A stretch of 41,994 nucleotides of DNA. Origin: a virus. Its lineage: Duplodnaviria > Caudoviricetes. Shown here in pieces: positions 1 through 8,842 of the stretch (the first letter of the stretch is position 1; each line of letters begins with the position of its first letter). The position numbers and the translations under genes are program-made. The DNA lies in the IMG/VR virus record IMGVR_UViG_3300032104_000038, positions 1 to 41,994 of that record, one strand, 5' to 3'. Under the pieces are notes generated by a model. The model did no database searches. It saw only the letters and a program-made list of their open reading frames with translations, and had not been told where the DNA came from.

Positions 1-4
1 GAAA

Positions 5-55
5 TTTCCCCTTTTCTTCACAACCACAAGTACAAGTACAAACATCTATATCATT
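5..55. repeat. Left terminal inverted repeat (51 bp)
   Basis: TTTCCCCTTTTCTTCACAACCACAAGTACAAGTACAAACATCTATATCATT is the exact reverse complement of 41944-41994. Confidence 0.95.
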
Positions 56-77
56 TCAAGACAGGCTCTATGAAACT

Positions 78-356
78 TTGGATAGGAATAATACTGTGAA
101 AATTAGAGTACCGTTCAACCCGATGCTACTATCTACTCTTGGACAATTCAATTGTCTCAAAGAAGAACACAAGCCAGAGCTTGCCGATGTTGAACGGTAC
201 AAAAACCTCATAGCAGCAGCACCTGAGCTATTGGAGGCATTGTCTAATCTTATTTATATGTCACGGAAAGCTAGAGGGGGTGAATGTAGTGTTAGGGATT
301 TAGACAGTGCTCTCACGAAAGCTATTTATATACGTTCCAAAGCCAAAGGAGAATAG
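78..356 (+). CDS. Phage hypothetical protein (LIAAAPELLEAL motif)
   Basis: Common phage small-protein motif; frame is open back to the window start, so the start is uncertain (ATG at 123 possible). Confidence 0.6.
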   Translation: MDRNNTVKIRVPFNPMLLSTLGQFNCLKEEHKPELADVERYKNLIAAAPELLEALSNLIYMSRKARGGECSVRDLDSALTKAIYIRSKAKGE

Positions 357-392
357 ACAAGAGGGACTTTCGAGCCTCTCTGTTTGTTCTTT
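351..392 (+). terminator. Possible intrinsic terminator
   Basis: Imperfect hairpin AATAGACAAGAGG...CCTCTCTGTTTGTT followed by CTTT at the end of ORF 78-356. Confidence 0.45.
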
Positions 393-395
393 CAG

Positions 396-502
396 ATCAT
401 AGGGGTGTAGTAGCAAGAGCGAAGGTAAGAATCTCCATCTGCTACTACTCCTCTGTGATTCACAGACAAGAGAAGGCATTACGGTAAGGTGGTGGCCTTC
501 TC
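396..502. other. Two tandem stem-loops with GGTAAG in the loops
   Basis: 396-415/440-459 is a 20-bp stem (2 GU, 1 mismatch); 470-477/495-502 is an 8-bp perfect stem. Confidence 0.6.
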
Positions 503-544
503 ATATTTGTGCTAGAATATGGATCGGCCTCTCGGATAGTCCAC

Positions 545-904
545 ATGGGAGCCTGGAAGACGTGGACTCCAACATTTACAGGATTTTCAGTTAACCCTCC
601 CAGCGTTACTGCACGATATACACAAATTGGTAAACTTGTTATTGCTTTCGTTGCCATGGGCAATGGAACGAGTAATGCTAGTACCTTTACTTTAACTCTT
701 CCCGTAGCGGCAGCAAATACCGTGAAGCAACAGTTCCCAGCGGCGGTACAGACAAATAATGGGGCAGCCTTGTTAGAGCCTGCCTTAATCAAAACTCGTG
801 TGAATTCAACAACTGCCGATATATTCAAAGATGCAAGTGGAGCGGGATGGAGTACGATTGGTGGCAAAAAAGTAATCTTTACAATTATGTATGAGACAAA
901 CTAA
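545..904 (+). CDS. Stand-alone tail-fibre-tip-like beta domain protein
   Basis: WKTWTPTFTG...ARYTQIGKLV...LTLPVAAA...IMYE resembles tail fibre C-terminal domains; TGCTAGAAT extended -10 at 510-518. Confidence 0.55.
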   Translation: MGAWKTWTPTFTGFSVNPPSVTARYTQIGKLVIAFVAMGNGTSNASTFTLTLPVAAANTVKQQFPAAVQTNNGAALLEPALIKTRVNSTTADIFKDASGAGWSTIGGKKVIFTIMYETN

Positions 905-1042
905 ATGACTCCCCAAGAAGCCCTCCAACTTATAGATCAAGCCTGTGCGCTCCTGACGCTCAATAGGGAGTTTCATGTCAAAATACAGGAGGCGATTGAA
1001 GTTTTGAGGAAAGAGATTAGTGGGAAAAAAAGTGATAAATGA
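905..1042 (+). CDS. Small helical protein (45 aa, MTPQEALQLIDQAC...)
   Basis: Starts immediately after the previous stop; hand-translated. Confidence 0.5.
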   Translation: MTPQEALQLIDQACALLTLNREFHVKIQEAIEVLRKEISGKKSDK

Positions 1043-1119
1043 TCTATGTTATAATCCCAAAAGATGGTGGTATTGTCCTCGACGGGAGAACTTAACAGGA
1101 AAGTCTGCTATACTCCTGA

Positions 1120-1482
1120 ATGATGCCGAGAACAAAAGGGAAAACAAAGGGAAGGCACAAAGGAACAGAAAATCTAATACCCATAAAAAAGGGGGAAAGA
1201 AGAAATCCAAACGGAAGACCTAAAGGGCAGAGGAACTACCGTACTATCTATCGTGAAGTCATAAAGAAGATTGGTGAATCACAAAAAATGACGCCGGAAG
1301 AAATAGAGGACTTGATACACAAGTCTGGTATCGTTAAAGCAATGAAGGGTGATTATAGCTTCCACAAAGATGTACTGGACAGGCTTCATGGAAAGCCGCC
1401 ACAGGGAATAGGGGGAATGGACGAAGAAGGAAACTTCAAAGAACAGAATCTTACTATTGAATTCGTTAAGGTTAAGAAATGA
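1120..1482 (+). CDS. terS: Terminase small subunit (putative)
   Basis: KKGERRNPNGRPKG motif typical of TerS/DUF5681-like proteins; upstream of TerL. Confidence 0.75.
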   Translation: MMPRTKGKTKGRHKGTENLIPIKKGERRNPNGRPKGQRNYRTIYREVIKKIGESQKMTPEEIEDLIHKSGIVKAMKGDYSFHKDVLDRLHGKPPQGIGGMDEEGNFKEQNLTIEFVKVKK

Positions 1483-1652
1483 GTGAATCCACCCTGCCAA
1501 AAGATGGTGCTCCTTTGTACAGCGGAAGTCATATAGGCTATAAGCGATATTGGATAAGAAATTGTTATATCAATTTTATGTACAAGACTAGACTGTGGAA
1601 AACAGGCCTCGATGAAAATGATTGTTTGATTCAAAAATACTTCTGGCAATAA
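1479..1652 (+). CDS. Small hypothetical protein (57 aa)
   Basis: ATGA overlap with the terS stop; hand-translated. Confidence 0.4.
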   Translation: MSESTLPKDGAPLYSGSHIGYKRYWIRNCYINFMYKTRLWKTGLDENDCLIQKYFWQ

Positions 1653-1747
1653 TCTATGAGTGAATCAACCACAAAGAAAGGCAGGAAGGTAGAAACTGCT
1701 CTTACCAGAAATGCTTTGGAAAACTGGGCTAAGAATTGTGTACAAAT

Positions 1748-3046
1748 ATGAATATTAAGATACCAGAGGCATTTCAAGAAATATTTGAACCTTATCGTAT
1801 GAAATGTTGGTGGGGAGGACGCGGTGCAGCAAAGAGTGAATCAGTGGGACGATACTTACTGGCAGAAGGAACAACAGAGAGTATGAATATAGTGTGTGGT
1901 AGGGAATATCAATCCAGTATTCGTGATAGCGTATACTCCATGCTTGAATACCTCATAGAGGATATGGAGCTACAGGATTACTATGAAGTTTTGCAGTCAG
2001 AGATCAGAGGGAAGAAGAACAAGACTCTGATCTCATTCGTGGGACTCAAGAGAAACATCAACAACATCAAGAGTATGCACAATGTAAGAAAGTTCTGGGG
2101 AGAGGAAGCACACTCATTCTCTCAGAGATCGCTAGACATTATCTTCCCAACTATCAGGGCAGAAGGATCAGAACTTATCTTTACCATGAACCCTGAGCTT
2201 GAAGATGATCCTGCTTATCAATACCTCATTGCTAATCCTCCTCCTAATTCTCTAGTGAGGAAGGTGAATTACACAGAGAATCCATTCTTCCCTGAAGTGC
2301 TAAGAGTAGAAATGGAACACATGAAGAAAAAGGAACCGGACAAGTACAGGAACATCTGGCTAGGTGAGTGTCTAGCTGCTGTTGAAGGTGCTATCTTCGC
2401 TAAAGATTTAGAGAAAGCTGTGCTGCCTACTGACCAGTATCCTAATGGAAGAATAACAAACGTTCCCTACGATAAATCCAAGCCTGTTGATATTCACTAC
2501 GATCTAGGAAGAGGAGATAAGACAGCTATGTGGTTCATTCAGATCATTGGCTATGAAATAAGACTCATTGATTACTACGAGAACAATGGGGAACACTTCA
2601 GTCATTACATTAAGTATGCACAGGACTCTCAATACGTTCTGGGTAATCATTACTTACCGCATGATGCAGAAGCAGAGACTATCTCCGCAGAGAAGTCAGT
2701 AAAGAGACAGGCTATAAATGCTTATGGTAGTGAGAATGTGAAGATCGTTAAAAGGATTCCAAAGAAGGCTATGGCTATCGAAGCTGCCAGAAGTATCATT
2801 GATCGTTGTGTATGGGATAAAGTTAGATGTGCTGATGGACTTACTTGTCTACGAAAATATGCTCACAAGGTTGATCCTGATACCGGAAGAACAAGCAGGG
2901 AGCCAGAACATGATACTCCTTGGTCGCATGGAAGTGACGCTTTCATGTCTATTGGTCAAACACTGAAAGAGTTCGTAAAGAAGAAAAAGAAGAAGGTGTT
3001 TAATAAACCCAAGATCAATTATCTTCCTCGTCCTGCTCAAGTATAA
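1748..3046 (+). CDS. terL: Terminase large subunit, PBSX family
   Basis: Walker A GGRGAAKS, CGREYQSSIRDS, Walker B WGEEA, nuclease motifs YDLG..D.TAMWF, LPHDA, HGSDAF. Confidence 0.95.
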   Translation: MNIKIPEAFQEIFEPYRMKCWWGGRGAAKSESVGRYLLAEGTTESMNIVCGREYQSSIRDSVYSMLEYLIEDMELQDYYEVLQSEIRGKKNKTLISFVGLKRNINNIKSMHNVRKFWGEEAHSFSQRSLDIIFPTIRAEGSELIFTMNPELEDDPAYQYLIANPPPNSLVRKVNYTENPFFPEVLRVEMEHMKKKEPDKYRNIWLGECLAAVEGAIFAKDLEKAVLPTDQYPNGRITNVPYDKSKPVDIHYDLGRGDKTAMWFIQIIGYEIRLIDYYENNGEHFSHYIKYAQDSQYVLGNHYLPHDAEAETISAEKSVKRQAINAYGSENVKIVKRIPKKAMAIEAARSIIDRCVWDKVRCADGLTCLRKYAHKVDPDTGRTSREPEHDTPWSHGSDAFMSIGQTLKEFVKKKKKKVFNKPKINYLPRPAQV

Positions 3047-3052
3047 TTATAC

Positions 3053-3081
3053 TTGCCAAGTAATGACGATTGATATACATT
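3053..3081 (+). promoter_or_regulatory. Sigma70-type promoter for the portal operon
   Basis: TTGCCA-17 nt-TACATT, 7 nt before ATG 3089. Confidence 0.65.
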
Positions 3082-3088
3082 CGAGAAC

Positions 3089-3256
3089 ATGGCCTTCTTT
3101 GGAACAAAGTTCTCTTTCATTGCTGATGGGGTGAAGCATGAACTTCCTGTCCCTGATTCACCAGAGAAAGTAACAAAGGGGTTTGAGATTGTTAAGGGTA
3201 AAGATACCTATTCTGTTGTTTTTGTAGCCACCAAGAAAACAAATGCCGACGACTAA
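3089..3256 (+). CDS. Small hypothetical protein (55 aa, MAFFGTKFSF...)
   Basis: ATG right after the promoter; overlaps the portal start; hand-translated. Confidence 0.55.
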   Translation: MAFFGTKFSFIADGVKHELPVPDSPEKVTKGFEIVKGKDTYSVVFVATKKTNADD

Positions 3257-5309
3257 GCCAACTCTTCTTTATTACGAGGCCATAGAAGATAATAAGATTA
3301 TAACAGTTGATCTCACTGAAGATCAAGAAACTAAAAGGAAACAACACAGAGAAATAATCAACGCAATGGACAATTACTACGATCCCCATAGAGAGAGGTG
3401 GAGACAGAATGGAGTTTTATTCAATGTGATCCAAACAGGAACCAATGATCCTGTGGCTAACTGGTATTTGGGCTGGTCTAGGATAATTATTAGCCATTCA
3501 GTAGCTATGACTAACGCTGGTGAACCGTCAGGTGCATTTAACCCTCTTGGGCCTTCTGATGATCGTTTAAGAGTCCTTTGGGATGCTCTTGTTAAGCATT
3601 ACCTGAATAAATGCAGATGGCCTTCCCAACAAAGAAGATGGTCTAGCGACCTTCACATAACAGGTAACGGAGTAATAAAAGCTTACACAGAAGTGAAGAT
3701 GAGAAAGGAAGGAACTGTTTGGGTAAGAGACAGAAAAAGAAGCAAGACAGGACTAAGAGCAAAAAGTCCTTTTATGTGTATGAGGTCTACAGGGATTGCT
3801 GACCCCGATGATGTTGATGTTGGTGTTGAGAGAGACAACATGGTATGGAATAATTTTGTAACCAAGTTTGCCAACGTACAGATTTCAGATGGAAAGACAC
3901 TACGATTCAAATATGATACAAGCCAAGTAACCCCAGGATGGAATGTTCAACTTACCCATGTTTATGATGAAGATGCTAACGAGTATACGATCTATTGTTT
4001 GACCTATGGATCAAAACCAAATGAGAACTTAGGAGTCCAACCAGGATCACTGCCGGTTTCTAACAATCGAGAGCTTGGTGTTCCTATTTATCATGTAAGG
4101 ATGAGGAAGAGAGACTTGAAAGACTCAAAGGATGAAGGACTAAATATTCAGGGGATGGCTCCCCTTGCTTTTGCAATGTTTGAAGATCAACTAGATATAG
4201 ATTATGAGACTCATGCAACTGTTGGTATGGGTATTCCTCAATTTATAGAAGGCCCAGAAACGGCTATACAACAGTTAGTCATGCAGACCTTAGATAACCT
4301 AGAACTCAAGAACACAGTTCCTATTTCCTACGAGCCTTTCGATCCTGAGAATCCTTCATACCTAGATGTAGACGCTACTCAGTTACGATCAGCAATGCTC
4401 ATTGACGGAAAGATCAGTGCTCACCCTCTTGGGATAGCTGATGTGGGAGCAAACACAGTCCTATGGGAATGGTTGAAAGAAATAATGTTTCAAACAACTG
4501 GTATAAATCCACAGGGTCTCACAGGTGATGGGTTAAAGACTGCTTTCCAATCAGGACTCTTGGTAAGACAAATGAATATGAGGGCAAAGGATAGGATCAC
4601 AGCATGGGAAGGAGGTTGTTTGCAAAGAGCTTGGGTGCTTCTTCTGGACTATGCTCTATCAGATTCTACTATTGAAGATTGGACTAAGATCACTGAAAAG
4701 GAAGCAGAGGAAATAGTGAGAATGATTGGTGATGATGATATGGCTGGATCAGACTTCAATAAGAAGACCAAGGAAAAGAGAACTCTGCGATATTTCCCTG
4801 TTCCCGGTTACAACTTCAAGGAAGACTTCAAAGGAAAGCAGTCTAAGAAGAGACAACTCAAGAAAGGAGCTACTAATAACACTTTGATAGGTGGTAAGAG
4901 TAAAGATGGTGATGTTGCTATGGTTCCGATGGATGCTGCCTATCTTCTGCCAGCTAAATCCGTAGAAGGATTAGTAGAGTTTGATGTAAGAGTCTCAGGA
5001 AAGAATATGCTCTTTGACCTTAAGACTCAGGACATTCAAACAGCAAAAGAGTTTATTGGGCTTGGTACTTCCATTGCTCCAGCGGTTCCGGGTATTGACT
5101 TTAGAAAACAATACATAGCAGCAGGAATTATTGCAGGATTTGAAGAGGAAGACCTTATGAAGTCCGAAGGACAGAAGTCCGATCTATTGAAACAAGTTGA
5201 AGCAGCATTGGGAGAAGAGGGGAGTATTGAAACACTTCCTGCACCTATTGACGCTGCCGAAGCGCCTGAGCCTTCCCTATTGGAAAACTTAGCTTCCGGA
5301 CAATCTTAA
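3243..5309 (+). CDS. Portal protein (putative)
   Basis: 688 aa after TerL; portal-like patterns (DLHITGNGVIK, VGMGIPQFI, QTTGINPQGLTG..KTA). Confidence 0.75.
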   Translation: MPTTKPTLLYYEAIEDNKIITVDLTEDQETKRKQHREIINAMDNYYDPHRERWRQNGVLFNVIQTGTNDPVANWYLGWSRIIISHSVAMTNAGEPSGAFNPLGPSDDRLRVLWDALVKHYLNKCRWPSQQRRWSSDLHITGNGVIKAYTEVKMRKEGTVWVRDRKRSKTGLRAKSPFMCMRSTGIADPDDVDVGVERDNMVWNNFVTKFANVQISDGKTLRFKYDTSQVTPGWNVQLTHVYDEDANEYTIYCLTYGSKPNENLGVQPGSLPVSNNRELGVPIYHVRMRKRDLKDSKDEGLNIQGMAPLAFAMFEDQLDIDYETHATVGMGIPQFIEGPETAIQQLVMQTLDNLELKNTVPISYEPFDPENPSYLDVDATQLRSAMLIDGKISAHPLGIADVGANTVLWEWLKEIMFQTTGINPQGLTGDGLKTAFQSGLLVRQMNMRAKDRITAWEGGCLQRAWVLLLDYALSDSTIEDWTKITEKEAEEIVRMIGDDDMAGSDFNKKTKEKRTLRYFPVPGYNFKEDFKGKQSKKRQLKKGATNNTLIGGKSKDGDVAMVPMDAAYLLPAKSVEGLVEFDVRVSGKNMLFDLKTQDIQTAKEFIGLGTSIAPAVPGIDFRKQYIAAGIIAGFEEEDLMKSEGQKSDLLKQVEAALGEEGSIETLPAPIDAAEAPEPSLLENLASGQS

Positions 5310-5602
5310 TGTTCAAATTCTTCACAAGAAAGGTATTTCATCTTGATGATTTAATACTCACAAGTGCAGATGAGCTAGAACTCATGTCGCTAACAAAAGG
5401 ACAAAGGATAGCTATTAGCAATCTCATGATGATTCTGAAGTTTACCCATCCTGATGACAGAACAAGAAATTCAGCGGAGATTATAAGAGGAGAGTTCATG
5501 AGGAAATCGAAGCATCCTGATAATCTCATTTCTGCCGAAGAAGACAAAAGAGTAGAGAAGAAGGCTTTATCTCCTCCCATCTCAAGGCTTGACTCAGTAT
5601 GA
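5309..5602 (+). CDS. Hypothetical protein
   Basis: Translationally coupled to the portal gene. Confidence 0.6.
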   Translation: MFKFFTRKVFHLDDLILTSADELELMSLTKGQRIAISNLMMILKFTHPDDRTRNSAEIIRGEFMRKSKHPDNLISAEEDKRVEKKALSPPISRLDSV

Positions 5603-5795
5603 ATGGCCATCAATTCCTGATGTGAGTCCCTCAAGAAGGACGATCATTAAAAGATACATGGAACTAAGAAAGAAAGGTGAGGTGAATATGGCGGAAATAT
5701 ACAGAATGATTGCAAAAGACTTGGGCTATAAAATAAACAAATCTGGTACAAATACGTTCATACGAGAGTCTATTTCTGACTACCTAGAACAATGA
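5589..5795 (+). CDS. Small basic, possibly DNA-binding protein
   Basis: HTH-like MAEIYRMIAKDLGY; start uncertain. Confidence 0.45.
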   Translation: MTQYEWPSIPDVSPSRRTIIKRYMELRKKGEVNMAEIYRMIAKDLGYKINKSGTNTFIRESISDYLEQ

Positions 5796-5932
5796 GAAAA
5801 CTAATCTGTAAATTCAGAGGCCATAGATGGAAAACAGTGAATCAGTGCAATAGGCGCATGGTTTACAGGTTTGAGGTGTGTTTAAGGTGCAAAGAAAGGA
5901 GAGAATTGCAAGAAACCTCTCTTACTCCTTAG
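5792..5932 (+). CDS. DUF1660-like small Zn-binding phage protein
   Basis: MRKLICKFRGHRW...CLRCK; ATGA overlap; hand-translated. Confidence 0.55.
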   Translation: MRKLICKFRGHRWKTVNQCNRRMVYRFEVCLRCKERRELQETSLTP

Positions 5933-6009
5933 AGTAAATAGACAACACAACTAGTTATTGAAATGTTGTATGTTTATATGTACCCGTTCTTTCTCATCTT
6001 CGGTTCGAC

Positions 6010-6083
6010 CATGGTCTGTGCGAGGTACTGGTAATCTTTCCGAGATTTTTCTAGTGCCGAGCCAGTGTCTCACAGAGGCCATG
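6010..6083 (+). promoter_or_regulatory. Long leader hairpin upstream of the head operon
   Basis: CATGGTCTGTGCGAGGTACTGG pairs with CCAGTGTCTCACAGAGGCCATG (with bulges and GU pairs). Confidence 0.55.
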
Positions 6084-6115
6084 TGTCTCGATCATATTCA
6101 TTTCATTTTTCTACC

Positions 6116-6691
6116 ATGGAAACCCCTAGTGGAGCCAGCGATGCAGGAGCCAATACGGATACCCTGCCCTCCGATAACCCCGATGGGAGCACTACAAGTG
6201 ATACCCCAGCGGGCGGTTCGCAAGAAAGCACAGACAAGCAGCTTGCAGATAAAGACAAGCATATTGTTGATATTGAGAAGCAGAATAAAGATCTTGAAGC
6301 TAAGAACAAGACTCTTGAAGATAAAGCTGCTAAGACTACTGACCCCAGTGACGTTCTCGATTGGAAAATCGAACACCTTGATGAAATTAAAATGGGTGGT
6401 GAGGAGTACAAGAAAGAACTAAATTTCTTCAAAGATCAGGGGATAAAGGTAACCCCTGCAATCATGGAGAAGGCATTGCAAAATGCTAAGAACACTAAGG
6501 GAATGTCTGACGAACCGAATACGGCTGACGATGCAACTACAACTGCTGCACCAGCAGCAGGTGAAACCAGAGCTACGAAGGCAAAGAAAACTAAGGTTAT
6601 GCCTGAGTGGCTAAAGCGTTCCAAGACCATGACAGAAGAAAGATGGAATGAAGAAGTTGCAAAGAAGGAAACCGAGAAAGCGGGGAAGTAA
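6116..6691 (+). CDS. Head scaffolding protein (putative)
   Basis: Acidic low-complexity N-terminus and coiled coil, located between portal and capsid; start METPSGA after TTTCTACC. Confidence 0.7.
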   Translation: METPSGASDAGANTDTLPSDNPDGSTTSDTPAGGSQESTDKQLADKDKHIVDIEKQNKDLEAKNKTLEDKAAKTTDPSDVLDWKIEHLDEIKMGGEEYKKELNFFKDQGIKVTPAIMEKALQNAKNTKGMSDEPNTADDATTTAAPAAGETRATKAKKTKVMPEWLKRSKTMTEERWNEEVAKKETEKAGK

Positions 6692-6710
6692 TTTTTTCCC
6701 CCCTAAAGTA

Positions 6711-7145
6711 ATGTTCAAAGAAAACCGATTCTGCGAAAAGTATCGTCGAGCAAGCGGATCAGTAAATAAGATGAATGTTGTTTGTGATGGTTCTAGTACA
6801 GCAGTAACTGCGGGAGATCTTGTTATGATGAATGGAGAGAACAATAACTGTATAGCCTGGACTGGAGCACAGCCTGTTTTTGCTATTGCTCTCGAACCAA
6901 GTTCAGCTGCTACTACGAATATAGAAGTTGATATACTTCTACCTGGTGATTCCATGTTTGCCGATGTTGATACAGGCACTCCAGCAGCAGATAATTTCTC
7001 CATGATCGATGGAGATTTGAACGGAGTAGATATAACCGGAACGACGAATGATGACTTTATTTACTTCTTCCGAGGTAGTACGACAGTTGTTCTTGTTTAC
7101 CCGAACCACTACCTCATTGGAGGTAATGACGACGGAACTCCGTAG
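6711..7145 (+). CDS. Capsid decoration/cement-like protein
   Basis: AVTAGDLV motif; immediately upstream of the capsid gene; C-tract before ATG. Confidence 0.6.
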   Translation: MFKENRFCEKYRRASGSVNKMNVVCDGSSTAVTAGDLVMMNGENNNCIAWTGAQPVFAIALEPSSAATTNIEVDILLPGDSMFADVDTGTPAADNFSMIDGDLNGVDITGTTNDDFIYFFRGSTTVVLVYPNHYLIGGNDDGTP

Positions 7146-7175
7146 TCTTTAATTTAGATTTTTCCCCTTTAAGCT

Positions 7176-8210
7176 ATGGCTGTACAACCATCAACCGTTC
7201 AATTAGCAGAGTTTCGCTCATGGTTCGACGAAACAGATTATACGAACCGAGCTGCTCTGGAAGACATGATGAACGATCCAATCTTTACCTTGTTGGGTGA
7301 AGATACTTCAAACAACATATCAGATACTCTTGCGACTAATGGAGTTGATTACTCTGGTTATGCTTTGGCTAAGATTCCAGGTGGAGCTGTAACCAAAGAT
7401 GCACCAGTCGAAATGGACACTCACACTATTCAGTACATTACGTTTGTCCAAAGATTTAACTACGAAATGGAAACAATTTCCCATGACAAGTACAAGATGG
7501 ATGACCCCGATGGAAATGAATTGATTATCCGTCTTTGGAACTCAGTTGGTTTGTTCCTTACCAACTGTTTATGGAATCAGAACACAGGAACAAGTTTCAA
7601 TGTTCTCTCTCACGATGGAACGATTTCCTATACGAATACCACTCCCGATGGTGTTGCTATTATCTCCGCCTCCCATTCTGGGCCAGGTTATTCAAGCAAG
7701 ACTAATATTGGTGGTACTACTCCTCTTTCTGTTCCTAACCTGACAACGAATATTACAGTCGGTCAGGAGAATATTACTCAGCCGTCCGGACATCCCATTG
7801 CTTACGATGCTGATCTTATTCTTGTTGGAAATCATGGAGCCATGACTGAGGGTGCTACGCAGATTACAAGGTCTGTTAAGGTTCCGGGTTCCGGAAACAA
7901 CTCCGTAAACATTTATTCCGGTGGAACATATGACGTTGTTGAGTTCAAACATGCCCCTAAGACTGCTGCCGGTGCTCGAAGCACTACGAATGCAGATAAG
8001 TTCAAATGGGCTACTGCCAACAGTAGGAACCTTCGTAGAATGATGAAGTATAAGTGGAACATGAGGCCACACATTCGTCAGTCCACGACCATTGATGACA
8101 ATAACTTAGATGTTTTCCGCACAGCAGTTTGCCGCCTTGCGTTTATGCCTGAGAGTCCTTGGGCTTTCATTCAGAACAACGCTACGGCTGCACCTGTCCA
8201 CCCCGGTTAA
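7176..8210 (+). CDS. Major capsid protein (putative)
   Basis: 344 aa; position after scaffold/decoration genes; no search run. Confidence 0.75.
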   Translation: MAVQPSTVQLAEFRSWFDETDYTNRAALEDMMNDPIFTLLGEDTSNNISDTLATNGVDYSGYALAKIPGGAVTKDAPVEMDTHTIQYITFVQRFNYEMETISHDKYKMDDPDGNELIIRLWNSVGLFLTNCLWNQNTGTSFNVLSHDGTISYTNTTPDGVAIISASHSGPGYSSKTNIGGTTPLSVPNLTTNITVGQENITQPSGHPIAYDADLILVGNHGAMTEGATQITRSVKVPGSGNNSVNIYSGGTYDVVEFKHAPKTAAGARSTTNADKFKWATANSRNLRRMMKYKWNMRPHIRQSTTIDDNNLDVFRTAVCRLAFMPESPWAFIQNNATAAPVHPG

Positions 8211-8230
8211 TCCTTTCCCCCAATTAGCTT

Positions 8231-8791
8231 ATGACTAGATTTACGAAATTATTCGTCGGGACTCTGGCTGTCTTTGGATTGGGTTCAGGGGTGTATACTG
8301 GAATAAATGCTTTTGTTGATAGTTTGGCCATTCAGACTTTGATAGTAGTTAACGTCCAAACTTCCTTAACAGGAACCGGAGCAGGTGCGAATAGTTCAAA
8401 GCTGTATGATTATTCCAAGTACAGTGGATATAAGCCTCTTATACAAACTGGAGGAGTCGTCAGTGCTGTTTACCAGATAGCCAATTTTGATTTTCCTGAA
8501 ACATATACCGGCGTTGTTCTTGGTGCAGGTATTTGTATAGATGTGGCAACTGCTCCGACAAGTAATGCAACATTTGTAGACTGTTCTATTCAGGGAGACA
8601 CTTTGGATACTTCAAGTGGTACGGATGTGTTTAACAACTTGAATCTTATAGTAGCTACAAAACCGTTCTGTGGAGGAACAGGTGCGACCATTGGCCCAGG
8701 ACAGCAGTTTGTTTGTTACAGTTCATTTGGAAGCGGTGCGGGACTTGAAGCTGATTTCAATATCCATTACAGAGAATCTGAGTTGAATTAA
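8231..8791 (+). CDS. Structural-module protein with N-terminal signal/TM segment
   Basis: MTRFTKLFVGTLAVFGLGSGVYTGINA, then a beta-rich Cys-containing domain. Confidence 0.7.
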   Translation: MTRFTKLFVGTLAVFGLGSGVYTGINAFVDSLAIQTLIVVNVQTSLTGTGAGANSSKLYDYSKYSGYKPLIQTGGVVSAVYQIANFDFPETYTGVVLGAGICIDVATAPTSNATFVDCSIQGDTLDTSSGTDVFNNLNLIVATKPFCGGTGATIGPGQQFVCYSSFGSGAGLEADFNIHYRESELN

Positions 8792-8842
8792 AAGCCCTGG
8801 GGGGAGGCTTAAAAATCCCCCTCTTTTCTACCCCCTACCATT

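Noticed and set aside
5958-7003. Overlapping ORF-track calls 5958+, 6098-, 6103-, 6436-, 6611-, and similar antisense ORFs throughout the structural region
   Set aside because: Shadows of better-supported genes; no motifs or initiation signals
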